Positions 50,959 to 63,805 of a stretch of 64,000 nt of DNA are shown piece after piece (within the stretch, counting starts at the first letter, position 1; the number at the start of each line of letters is the position of its first letter). The notes below the pieces were generated by a model. That model worked only from the letters and a program-made list of their open reading frames with translations, did no database searches and was not told the origin of the DNA. Made by a program: the position numbers and the translations under genes. Source of the stretch: Adineta vaga (Eukaryota > Animalia > Rotifera); assembly GCA_021613535.1 (NCBI GenBank), contig CP075493.1, forward strand, positions 4,774,001 through 4,838,000. Direction: 5' to 3'.

Positions 50959-51558
50959 ATGGGTATCGGTAGTTCTAGAAAATGGTACGCGCACCACCAC
51001 GAGGAGAAACCAACATCATTTGGTTCACATCGTAGTCCAAGTGGGGAAAAACAACGAGGAAGTCTTTTTCGACGTCGAAGATCTATTACAACTGCATCAA
51101 CTGCTTTACCAACAATGGTACAACCAATGGGTCGACGAGGTTTGTATGGCTCATATAGTGCTATGAGACCAATACCACCTGCTTATCCACCAATGCAACC
51201 AATGTCTCCGTCATTTTTACCCATGCATTATAACAATTATTCTCCTCCTTCGTATATGCCAGCTCAACAGATGATGATGCCAGCACAACGAGCGGCACCC
51301 GCAATGCCTGCATCTTACATGGCATTACCTTCGCCGTCGATGTCAACACCCTATATGCAACAACAACAACCACCTATTCAACAGGCACCTATACAAGCTG
51401 GCTACAGTAATGGCCCTCTACAACCGCAATTACCAGCAAGTATGTCTGGAGGAACCGGTTCCTATCCACTATCATATCCAGCACCACCTGGGCGACTTCT
51501 CACTGATTGGACCGGTGGTGGTAAAATTTCACCTGGTTTTCTTGGACCTCCGATCTAA
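50959..51558 (+). CDS. Pro/Met/Gln-rich low-complexity protein with N-terminal myristoylation-like motif
   Basis: Starts MGIGSS (MGxxxS). Disordered P/M/Y-rich body. Ends LLTDWTGGGKISPGFLGPPI*. Confidence 0.6.
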   Translation: MGIGSSRKWYAHHHEEKPTSFGSHRSPSGEKQRGSLFRRRRSITTASTALPTMVQPMGRRGLYGSYSAMRPIPPAYPPMQPMSPSFLPMHYNNYSPPSYMPAQQMMMPAQRAAPAMPASYMALPSPSMSTPYMQQQQPPIQQAPIQAGYSNGPLQPQLPASMSGGTGSYPLSYPAPPGRLLTDWTGGGKISPGFLGPPI

Positions 51559-52545
51559 ATTTTCTTAAATTTATTTATTTATTTTTATTTCATTCCTTTT
51601 GTAGTATAATATTCTTGTCTTTTCATATGTCTACTTCATTATCACTTCATTTTCTTATACTTTCGTCTACGTTTCTTCTCTTCTTTTCCTTCTTTTTGGT
51701 CATATTTATAGCGATACGTTACAAGATATCTATTCAATCATATGTATTAGTTACTCATCATTTACGCCACATTATAAACAAAACTGAACGAATGTCATGG
51801 TCTTCATTGATAATCAATGATTTTTCATAGTGGTACTTTTATACAATAGATGAAATCTAATTGACAATGATCGTTGTCAACGAGAAGAAAGTTATGGTTG
51901 TATTTTGTCTATTCATTTATTTCTATTCTGTCTCTCTCCCTTTTTTTGTAGATTACTATCTATTTATGTTTTATATTTCTATACAGTTGACTTAAAGTGA
52001 TCAAATAAATTATGTCAACTCATATTAAACATGATGATTTTGTACCTGAAATCAATATAAGAATTATAATAAAAGTCATTCATCAGCAAACTCCTTCTTT
52101 ATTCGTCATGTATACATTTAAAACTATCGATAATTAATTAAGAAAAATAACAATAAGTATATCCTTCTATGATCGATAGATGCCAGTGAATAGCACAGGC
52201 CACAAATATCCAACATAACCTTGTTGTTCTTTTTACCTTCAACTTTTGATATGATTTTCAATGAGCATGATTCCTTTTCTTTGTATATTAATAATGACAT
52301 CATACATGTATATGCGTGGTTGAGCGTTTATGACATAACGTCAGAATGTTGCCGAGCGAATAAATATTATTTATTATTCGATGTTGTAAAACGAATAAAT
52401 AGTGAGTCATTTAGTTTTTGCTGTATACCAAGGTGATCGTTGACGTATGAAAAGAAGAAAGAAGGAAAGAAAAGGTGTTTTATATTTATCCACTTCATTT
52501 CATCCCGTTCGTCATCGTACAAATCGAAATACACAAAAAAAATCC

Positions 52546-55406
52546 ATGCCGAATCGTCATGCCGATGAAGACATTCAAATAACTACTACACAGAACAGTG
52601 ACAGTGGTATTCGTCGATACAATTCACATTCACATTTAAATCCTACTAATATGCTTGACCATATAAAGACAAAAGTAAGACGAAAATGTACGTCCAATAA
52701 AAATCCTTCAGACGCAATTACGATTACCGTTGATGACACTTCCATAGAAAGCAATACGAATAGTATAGATTCAAAAATAAATGAAGAACAAAACTTCTTA
52801 AAACCACCCAATACAGGTTTAACAAAAGCTCGATCACAACCAAATATTTCCTTAGAAATATTAACCGATGATGATTTCAATACTCGTGATGAAGACAAAA
52901 ACAACAATAAAAAACGTATGTTATTGTGATAATGATATAGTTATTATACGAAATATGTATGATATTATTTTTAGATCTGTCAAATGAAAATATTACGATT
53001 GTTTCTGATCAATTCGACAAAGATGAAGATAGTAGTCCAACACATCCACGTGAAAAACTTCAAACAAAATCATTGGATACTGAAAAACAGAAAAAGAAAA
53101 CAAAATCAAAGTCTCGTAAAGAATCCAAAGTTGCATCTGAATTAGTTAATGAATCTGATACGAAAAAGAAACGAGAAAAAACTCGACGTACAGTGAAATC
53201 TTCATCAAAAACACAGGAAAGAAACAAAACGAAAGAAGATAAACTTGACAAGATGGAAACACTTCCTTATCTTGCTGTACGTAATCTTTGTGTCTATGTA
53301 ATTAGGTTTTTAATAACCAAAACCTATCGTTCACAATTCTTAATTAGGAAGTTAATTACTTGTCACACTATTTCAGTCCTATTTTTCACTAAGAAATTCC
53401 ATTGATTGAAATCATTAGCTAAAACATATTGTTCTCTAATTTTAGGGGTTTCAAGTACGTGATGATGATTTCAAGCATATTTTTGATGAACTACCATCAG
53501 ATGAACAATTGATTGTTTGTATGTATAGAATTAATATAGAATTAATTCAATTTCAATTTCTCTTTTTGTCGTGTAGCTTATCCATGTATATGGAGAAAAG
53601 ATATGTTTATGCATGGACGAATGTTTCTTTCAATGAATTATTTATGTTTTTATACATGTTTTTTCAAATCAGAAGAAAGAGTAAGTCCTATAAATTATAT
53701 CTATTTTTTCAATCTGGAAAATTGATCTACTTAGATATACATAGTTCTGAAAGATATTGTAAGTGTGGAACGAGACAAATCTGCGAATACACTTTCGAAT
53801 GCAATTAAATTACAAACAAATAAAGATGATGAATATGTATTTGCAAGTTTTGTACCAAGAGAACGTATATTCATTGCCATATTTCGTTTATGGCAAAATG
53901 CACTGCTCGAAGACGTAAGATTTCATTTATGAAGATTTTTTTTTACAGAAAAAATCATTTTTTCTTTAGCCATTGGATTATGAAGAAATACGTACTTCTA
54001 TCTTTGCAGATCAACTAAGTGGTGATGAATCAAATGATGAGAGTGAACAATCTATTAGATTATTAAATCAGACGAAAAATTCTTTAGAAGTAAAATAGAA
54101 AGCAAATGAAAGATTATTTTAATTGTATGTTTTTCTCTTACAATAGTCTCCTCAATCTGAAATCATTTCATCGAAAAGATCCAGTCAATCTTCACCTATG
54201 TTTACACTCGCAGATGATACAGAACAAATCAATTATATATCAAAATGTCCATGTGAATCTCATTTAAGTCGATTAATAATCGATAAAACATTGCCATGTC
54301 ATGTTGATAAATTATACGAATTAATCTTTGAAGATAATGTTTTTTCACGTGCCCATCGTGACTCACAAAAATTAACAGGTAGAAAATAACTATTCAATGT
54401 TTTCTAGTCTTCATTGTATTTGTTTAGATTTTACGATGGATGAATGGCGTATGAATAATGATATCGGTAAACAAATACGTAATGTAACATATAAAACAAT
54501 TACTCAATCAATTCTCGGAACTAATACGATTAGTTGTAACGAAAAACAGGTCAATTTTACTTGTTCTTTCTTTGTTTGGTATATTGAAATGTAATTCTTT
54601 TAGATCATGGATACAGAAGTTCCTCATTCGTTGTATGTTATCAATACAGAAGTGCATAATGAAGGTGTGAAATATACTGATGCATTTTTTGTTGCAACAC
54701 GTTATTGTATGTTTCAACGTAATGCGAAACATTCTCATTTAAAGATAACAGCAGAAATCAAATACCTTAAAAGTGTTAATTTAGTTGTTAAATGTAAGAG
54801 AGAAAAGAATCTTTGTGGTTTTTTCGAAGAAATATTTTGATATTTTTAGCATTTATTGAAAAGAATTGTCATGCATCCATTGATGAAGGATTGAACAGTT
54901 TAGGTAAGAAAAATAAAGGTTTTAAACAGTAATCTTAGAGAAGAAAAGACTTCATTTCGTTTGTAGTTCGAAGATTAGAAAGTCAAATTTCAACTGAAAA
55001 TGATCGTAAAGCCAGTCCAAGACCACCATCCACCGTACTGAAAGAGCGTAAACAAAGAAAGAAAGCAGCAGAAGAAGGCGTAACTCCTACGGAACAGAAT
55101 GTCGGGTCTATATCACAATCTACTAATTCACCTAATCATCAACAACTCAGCAAAGAATCGATGACAAATTCTCGAAATAGAAATCTAATCAATATTATTC
55201 TTTTTATTGGTATTTTTCTCTTATTTCTTCATGTTTATTTATGCTATAAATTATATTCAATTGATCAAGCATTACAAAATCCTCAAGCTGCTTGTTTGAA
55301 AAAGTGTAAAAAAAGTATGTTCTTTCATAAATATGAATTCATGTTTTCTTTTCATTTTTCTATTTTTTTCATTCTAGATTGTATGGTCAATCGAATGTAT
55401 ACATAG
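52546..55406 (+). CDS. GRAM + VASt domain ER-anchored sterol transfer protein (GRAMD1/Aster-like)
   Basis: GRAM: FKHIFDELPSDEQLI..YPC..KD..MHGRMFLSMNYLCFY...YVFASFVPRE...IFRLWQNALLE. VASt: LPCHVDKLYELIFED...VHNEGVKYTDAFFVATRYC. C-terminal TM ILFIGIFLLFLHVYLCYKL. About 10 introns. Confidence 0.88.
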
Positions 55407-55546
55407 GTAGATTTGTATCCTTCGGTTTTTTTTTCTCTTGAAATGATTGATTTATAAATAAATCTCGTTGCTAAGCACATATTATCAACTTTCATCCTTT
55501 TTTGTTTCTTTCTTATCAATGAACACTTAAGAAAACAGATGAAAAT

Positions 55547-56259
55547 ATGAATCGTCGAAAATCGAAATTATCTATCATTCAATGGTTATACAATAGTATT
55601 GCTATCATTTTTGGAATAATTCCACAATCACGACGAATTTCAAAAATAAAAAGATGTAATAATAATCTTCGTCGATCAAATAAAACTTTCAAAGTACATC
55701 CAAAACAAAGATTTTTACGATCGAAAGGAAACCTTGTATATTCAGACACATCGAAAGTAATATGCATATTTAATCCAATGAAACAATTTTTACTCGGATT
55801 GTTTAGATATCAATTCTAAATAATAATAATTATAATCGTAATTTTGAATCAGAAGACAATCAATATCGAATTCTATGCCTGCAAGTAGAAAATGATCAAG
55901 TTGTGGAACAGATTCAAAATCTTTCGAAGAAAATTCGAATAATTGATTTTGAAGAACTAATGAAATTTATTCAATTAACAACAATGAAAAAAGCTTCGGA
56001 AGATGTATCAACTATGACAACTAATGATTTGAATTGTTGTCAACAAACATCATGTTTTAGTTTGATGACACAGTCTGAAAATACACGTCGTTTAAAGGCA
56101 TTAGAATTTATTCGATTATTTATGGAAAAGAATAAGGAAGAGTTTTGTCATTATTTAATCAATGAAGAACGTCTTTGTCAACGGAAGACATTAGCAATCT
56201 ATCAAATGATAAAAGAATTTCTAAAAATTTTATATCATTCAGAATCTGAACAGAAATAA
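55547..56259 (+). CDS. Uncharacterised two-exon protein
   Basis: ORFs 55547-55756 and 55808-56259 join in frame through a GT-AG intron. No family recognised. Confidence 0.5.
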
Positions 56260-56474
56260 AATATTTTGTATACTAGTGTGAAATTTTAGATTAGTCTTAT
56301 ACCATTTCTAATAAAATAACATGGGAGACAGAGATTTATTTACAAATAGTCGAGAAAAAAAAGAGATGTGTACTCTAATAGAGTACGAAAAAAAAGTCTT
56401 TATCTGTGCTTAGGGACTGATAGAACAAACGAAAAGTGTGTTCTAACACGTCCATATAACGTCCTTATATAGTT

Positions 56475-57753
56475 ATGTCTTCATCGCCGACTGACAATAA
56501 CATTAGTGGTCATGTAAAATCAGGTTGGGAAAGTGTACGCTCAGTTTTTGAGCGACATTTAACCGATGGACTTAATATTGGAGCGAGCGTATGTATTTAT
56601 TATCAAGGTGAATATGTGATAATTTTGTCTGGTGGTTGGAAGGATGCGAAGGTAAAAAAACAAGCATATACATCAGATACCCTTCAACTTGTTGTTTTCC
56701 GTAACAAAAGGAACAGCAGCGGCAGCGTTAGCATTATGTGTAGAAAAAGGTTGATTAGATTACCAAGTATCTGTAGCTCGATATTGGCTTGAGTTTAGTG
56801 TCAATGGAAAGCAGGTATGTAGATTAAATAGATCATTGTTTTCATATGCATTTGAAACCAATGATTACATCAAAGGACATATTAGATCGAATGATTTCTC
56901 TATTGGCTGCTCAAAAACCTCATTGGGAACCCGGATCAGTACATGGCTATCATACTTATACGTTTTGATTTCTAGCTGGTGAACTTATTCGTCGAGTTGA
57001 TTCACAACTTCGCTCTTGTGGACAGTTTGTTCGCGATGAACTGGACAAGGAATTCTATATTGGCGTGTCGCATAGCAAGATTAAAGCATGTATTGCTCCT
57101 CTCATTCGAAAAGAAGTAAGAATGCGTTTTTTAAAATGGTACTCCAAAACTAGAAGACATATATATATATATACAAAGTAACGATCATATATGAATAAAT
57201 CTTCTTTGATTTTCTTCTTGCAGATCGACAGAAGTTTTTCTAGTTTTCGTTCAATAAATCCAATTACGGAAAAGACGATTACATGCAGTGGTACTTTTCC
57301 TTTGAATGCACCTAATAGTGATGAAGATATTTTCAATGATCCACGAATGCATCAAGCTGAAATATCAGCTGTCAGTGGCATTACTAATGTTCATATATTA
57401 GCACGAATCTATGCTCGACTCATTGCCGATGTAAAAGAAGACAATGAAACAAAAAATTGTCTTCTTAGCAAGAAAACTCTAGCATTAGCAACCGAAAATG
57501 TTACACCCAATGGTGACTTTTCTCACGTGATGAGTGGAGATGGGTTTGGTCATAAAGGTAAGTTTTTGTGTGACGCTTGATTCTTCAGATTTTTCTTTTC
57601 TTTTTTTTCTTAGGTGTGGGTGGTAGTCTAGCTTTTGCGTTAACTTCACGACAAATTGCTTTTGCTCATGTGTGCAATCAAATTGATTTAAGTACATTAA
57701 TTACGGATGTACGAAGTACTCGATTTTTTACAGCAATCGAAACTATTCTCTAA
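56475..57753 (+). pseudogene. Beta-lactamase-family (class C-like serine hydrolase/EstB-like) pseudogene
   Basis: GHVKSGWESVRSVFE, GASVCIYYQGEYV, then a frameshift at the catalytic S-V-T-K (~56698). Nonsense stops in VEKG*LDY and HGYHTYTF*FLAGELIRR. PHWEPG, AEISAVSGITN..LARIYA and FGHKGVGGS are retained. Retains introns. Confidence 0.85.
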
Positions 57754-57935
57754 GAGAAAAATAACTTCTAGTTCTTCGAACGATCATATGGATACAAAAA
57801 TATAATTATTAGCTATTCAACATCATTGTCTTCATTTTATATATATATATATAAATCTGTATTATTGAAATCAAGTATAGAAAAATAGTTCGAAAGATTT
57901 ATTGTTCAAAATATCACCAAAAAAAGAACATTAAA

Positions 57936-58837
57936 TTATTCTTCATTACTCGATTTATCTCGATAAAGCATAATATCCCATGGTGGATTATTTGGATTTC
58001 CTAATTTAACTTCAATTCGTTCTCCTTCTAATAAATGTGCTCGACCATCCAATACATCAAGAGCCTTACGTGCTGTATGTAATGTAATTGCTACAGGATG
58101 TTTTTCTGGTGAATTTGCCCATTCCTCAAGTGACATCCATTGACAAGCAGCTATTTCAAGTGGATCATAATTGATTTTTTGATCTTCCTCATCTTCATTG
58201 AGTGTCATTAAACAACAGAAATAAATATCACCATGTCCAAAACGAAATACATTCTTATAGGTAAAACAAAGAACGCCACGAAAATGAGCACGAATACCTG
58301 TCTCTTCAAATACTTCACGTTCAACACCATTTTCAATTGATTCACCTAAATAATTCAAACAAATCGATAGTGTTATAGACGAAAATCTTATAGATAACCT
58401 ATATCGAGACAACCACCGGGTAATTTGAAATAATCTTTAACATAAGCAAAACGTTCTTGTATCAATAAGACTTCACGTTTTTTATTTATGACAAGACCAC
58501 CAACACCAATCGTAGACATGGCATAGCTTGGTAATTGATTAGGATCCTTTTCATCAAGCCAATGTGTTAACATAACATAATCCTTTTTAGCATGATGAAG
58601 AACAAAGCCAAGTTTTTGTGCGACAGGAATCAATTCTGTTCGATCATGTGGTATAGAAAGCCAGATACCTCGTCGTTTTGCTTGACGCCACGCTACTATA
58701 GATTTTTCTAGTTGTTGTTCAAATAAAGCTGGAGTTTTCGCAAGAAGTTTTCTATCGACAGTAACACCAGAATAGATATCATCATGTCCAGTTAATAAAA
58801 TGATTTCTTCCTTATTCTCACTTTCATCTGTGTTCAT
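57936..58837 (-). CDS. NUDT6: Nudix hydrolase 6-like
   Basis: DIYSGVTV, WRQAKRRGIWL, GFVLHHA, LPSYA..IGVGGLV, KLPGGCLDI/GESIENGVEREVFEETGI (Nudix box), FGHGDIYF, EIAACQWM. One intron. Confidence 0.85.
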
Positions 58838-59393
58838 TTTCAGAGAATTCTTTTGATCAGTCACAAAAATAAAACACTAGACTTTGGCGTTGCGTCACGT
58901 CATTACCGTCACTATAAATATACATACAGATACAGTACACTCTACAGTGGTTAGAAATGACAACCAATAAGAATGGATCGGCAAAAACACAGCGCGACAA
59001 ATTGGTGAAACCGTATATGAACAACAAATATTGATTCTGAGAACAATATAACAAGAGAGTGAATTGGTTATACCAGCATACAAAACTGGTAATTATTATT
59101 CTGATCATTGAAGATACATTACAGATAGATAAGAATGGTCTACTTTTACATCTCATCTGCATTACAAATATTTTCGTTATCGTTTCATTTCAGTAATCGA
59201 TTTTATTAATTGTAGAAAAGAAAACAATTAAGATTTTTTTTTATTAACAATTGATTAAACTACTTTACATACTTGAGAGAACATCTAAAATACACACAAC
59301 AAACAAAAAAGGTTTTGTTTAATGCATTCTCAATTGCATCCTTAATAATTATCTCCTTTCCTGTAAAAATTCGTGTCAATTGTTGACATAGAA

Positions 59394-62337
59394 TTATAAA
59401 TCTTGCAACATCGCCATACGTTTCGAAGTTGTACCGGATCGTGCTTTTTGTATTGTAGAATATTTATTATCACCAACAGCTAAACCTTCTTCATAGGCTT
59501 TATCTAGTAATGTTTGACGTTCTTCAATCTTTTTCGATTGAATGACATTTTTGAGATCTTGTAATTGTAATGCTAATTGAGTTTGTTTTGATTGTTTTTC
59601 GATTAATTGAGCTCTAAACATATCAATCAACATCTTATAGTAGAATAACATTCCTTTGTTGTACCTCTCATTTGATTCTTGAACTCTCGTAATCGGTCGA
59701 TACTATGAAGATAATAAACGATACGGATCAAGCTAATGAATAGAAGTCATGTTTACCGGTGGTGGAGATATAGTTGTTGTTCTCGATTGGGCATGTGCTG
59801 TTGCATTAGCAAGTGCTAATGATTGATTGAGTTGTGTGATTGCTAAAAGTTTTTCTCGTGCTGCTGCTTCTGCAACACGCCATTTCGCTACTTCTAATTT
59901 TAAATCATCAGCTTCTTTACGGCTAGAAAATAGAAAAAGAAGATCAGTTAAATGTTCTAGATAAATAGTAACGTATTTGTTAGTTCCCATATCCTTTTAT
60001 TTTGTTTTCACTAACCGATTTTCAATAGTAGATGAAAGAAGATGAAATTCATTATAATGAGATGGATGAAAATAAGAACTGTTTATTTTTTGAAAATAGA
60101 GTAAAAAATAACTTTAGGAACAAATGAATATCTTACTTTTTAACTGAATCGTTCACTAATGATGATATAACTTGTTCACATTCATTGATTTGTCGAGCAT
60201 ATGATCGTTTTTCTTCTTCATTCTTTTATGAGATAAATTTGTAAAGAATTCAACAATAAGTCATTAAACTTACTCGATTCATTTCATATTTACATCGTTC
60301 AAGTTGACTTTCAATTTCAAGTGCTTTAGCAGCTTGTAAACGAGCTTCTTCACTACTTAAATGTGCTTTACGTGCTAACAATTCAGCTGCTTCTTGATAT
60401 TTAGGCTAGAAAGATACATAGAACTCAATTAAGATCACGTTGAATAACAATAATGAACGAACCAATGTTTCATGAATTTCTTTCATTTGTTGTTGATACT
60501 CTATAAATTCACGTGTAATTTCATCACGACGTTTCTCCGCTTGAAATCTTAGTTCACGTTCTCGAGTAATAATTCGCATCTTTTCCTAGAAAACAAAAGT
60601 TAGATCAAGATTTCATTCAAACGAATTTCTTTATCGAAAGATAGAAACCATAGATCTCTTGAATACTTATATGGTAGCGAAGAAGAATGTCAATTATTTT
60701 TCTCTTAATAATTTCTTACATCTATATCGATTTCCAAGGTGGATTTAAAAATTAATTAAAAATGTCCCCGAAAGTTTATTGTACTGAGATGAATATTGAG
60801 AAGAGAAAATCTTGTGACTTTACTTTCTGTTGTTGTTCTTCGAAATATCTCATCTGTTGTATTTCGATCGATTGTTCTTGTCGACGTCTCATATACAATT
60901 CATGATTACCCATAGCTAAATCAAGTATCTAAATACGAATTTGTTATTATCCTTCATTTTGTTTTTCAAAGAAAGAGAAAAGCTTTCAATATACTTCTTT
61001 GCTTATTGAAGATTTCGCAGCATAAAACGCAAATGTTGCATTTTTATCACTGGTGAGATTTAAAATAACCTAGAATAGAACAATTGCTTTTTTCTGTATT
61101 CAAATAAACAAGAGTAATTCTTGATTTACTTTTTATCATGTGCTGTCACAGATCTAATATCTATCCATGAGAAGAAGACTTCTGGTCGTAGTTTATTTTT
61201 CTTATAAAAACGAATTCCTAATGAATCAATTCCAAGCCAAAGTTCTGCAGCAAGGAGTGGTTGATCTGACGTTTGTTGTTGTTGCTGCTGCTGCTGTTGT
61301 TGTTGTTGTTGTTGTTGTGAAAAGGATTTATTTCCACTTTGCATTTTAGATATTTCAAAAAATGCTAAACCAAACATATCTAAATCTTGCGCATGTTTTA
61401 AATAGGATATTTCTGCTTCTTCTCGTGTTAATGATGCATGTGTCCGCCATAAAGCAATAATACGACTTAACCAATCTGAACGAGATAATTCGATCTTTTG
61501 AAAACAAGATAATGGTAAGAGAGCTTCATTTTCAAAATTCACTGATTCAGTAGATGAAGAAGATACAGCTTGCTCATAATCACCGAAACTAGAAAAGGAA
61601 GTTAAAGAATAAATAAAAGATTTCTTCCTTCTTATTACTTTAGCTTGAAGTGAAAGTGAAGCGAGATGAGCAGCAGTTTCTGGTGGACAATAAATATTCA
61701 TATTAAGAATATCTTGTTTAACTTGAAGATAGAAAAGACGTCGTGTGATATCTTGTATAAGTTCATGTGTAATATCTTCGGGATAGAATTTAACCAGAAG
61801 ATACAATTCAATTGTGCCTTTAATCGATTGTAAAGCGGCACTTGTAATGGATGATGGAAGACTTAATGTTGATGTTGATGGAGATATTGGTGGTGAACGA
61901 AGTAGATGAGGTTTATAAATATCTGTTGTATTCGGTGAATCAGGTGTTTTCAATAAGATCGAATTAGGTGAGATTTGAATTGGTTGAGATAGAATCTAAA
62001 GCAAGATAGTTCTCTTTTTATGTTCACAAAATTAATCAAAAGCATACAGTACGACTTAAATGAAGCCAATTCCATTCATTTGTTATTTTATCAACATATT
62101 TCAACCCGAAATACCAATGTTCACGAAGACCCAGTGTTTGACAAATCAATGAAAATATTGTATTACCCTTAGCGGATGCCTAAAATAAGTTTGGATTTAA
62201 TGAAGAATAAGAAATAACAGATCGATATGTTCATTAAAAAAACTTACCTCAATAGTAAACTGTAGTTCCGCATCTAATGTAAAGATTTTACAAAAGTATT
62301 CATCAGATTTTTTCTTTCTACTACTAAACACCGGCAT
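59394..62337 (-). CDS. Merlin/NF2-like FERM protein (ERM family)
   Basis: KIFTLDAELQF, LGLREHWYFGLKY, VKFYPED...LIQDITRRLFYLQVK..IL...YCPPETA, YLKHAQDLDMFG, LWLGIDSLG, FSWIDIR, GNHELYMRRR. Coiled coil with AEAAAREKLL. C-terminus KYSTIQKARSGTTSKRMAMLQDL*. The N-terminal extension and tail favour Merlin over moesin. Confidence 0.85.
61273..61318 (-). repeat. CAA/CAG poly-glutamine tract inside the FERM domain
   Basis: Encodes a run of about 15 Gln. Confidence 0.9.
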
Positions 62338-62736
62338 GGAGCGAGAGAGAAAAAAAAATGGTTTCGAATGATTTTTTTCTAATAATATCTAAAAAAAGGA
62401 TGACAACAACATTCTTTACTATTGTCTTATTCTTATCTATATTTCATTGTAGTATATTGAAGTGAGTCGTTTATTTAAACATTGATATTACCTACATAAC
62501 AGTTAATCTTTCATTTTCTGCCTATACGTACGGAAGACTCATTTTTTCGTATGTTTTTTTCTCTCTTCTGTACGTGTATATATGTCTTTTCTTCATTCAT
62601 TAACGTTTTTCGACAATCTCAGAGCGCGTGCGTGACATTATCGACGAGGAACAGAACCAATCGTTCTCTCTTTTCTTTTCGTATTTCGTTTCTGCTACGC
62701 AAGAAACCACATGCCAGACATACCTTTGCCTATTTT

Positions 62737-62760
62737 TTCTTCTTCTTCTTCTTCTTCTTC
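62737..62760. repeat. (TTC)n microsatellite
   Basis: About 8 tandem TTC units. Confidence 0.9.
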
Positions 62761-63771
62761 TTTTTCTTTTTATTTCTCATACCTATACGTTGACTTGTCG
62801 CACATTGATGTAGATTTGTTTGTCACGAATATAACTTCATCAGTTGTTTTTATTATTATTATTAACATTAAAATATATCTTTTTGTAGAATTTGACGTAA
62901 AAATCATTTAGAAGAAATACGTCAATAGCAAAGATTATTGACATAGATTTACATAGTTTACTCTTGAAAAAGAAAATTTATTCAAAATACTCAACATGAT
63001 GTGTGCAATCGACGAAGTTTCAATAGAATTTATCTTTTCTTTTTCTTCTGCCCACATTGAATACCAAACATAAATAACATTCAATTATAGACAATGACGT
63101 ATTTGAAAAAATTCTGACATCACTCTCTTTTCTTGTTCGATTAGTATTCGTAAAACTATTCGACGATTTCAAATATAAATATCAAACTCTCTATACATTC
63201 GTGAGTTTTTTATTACCATTCCAATTCATGACTAATTTCAACTTTACTGATATCTTATCTATCATTCATAATCATAGAGAAACACGAAGTTTTTCGTTTT
63301 TGTTAATATCATCATATATTGATTTTTCTTTTCTATTCTATTTGCATGTTTATTACTAGTGTAAGAGCAATTATCACTTAATGATGCGATGTGCACTTAA
63401 ATCATTGAAAAATCAAGATTTTTTTTATCAGTTTCTATATCAAACTTTATCAAAAGAGAGGTAAAAAATAGCAAGTGATACTTTTATCTCACATTTTCAT
63501 CTATAACGAAAAGTACTTTGGTCTGTTTGAAACACAGAAAATTCCATCTTCAGGTAAAAATAATCGAATAAGAAACTGACGTTGTTTTATAAGCTATACA
63601 TTATGTTGAAAGCTCGTCTATGACATAGAAAATATCCTTATTATCGAAGTAAATAGTCTTATATTTAAAAATAGGATGAAAAGTACGATGCATTTTTTTG
63701 TATTTTACTTGCATCAATCACAATCGCTTTTAAAATGTTAGTTGTCAATATTGATTAGAAGTCATCATAAC

Positions 63772-63805
63772 TGTTTGTTTGTTTGTTTGTTTGTTTGTTT
63801 GTTTG
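63772..63805. repeat. (TTTG)n microsatellite
   Basis: About 8 tandem TTTG units. Confidence 0.9.
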
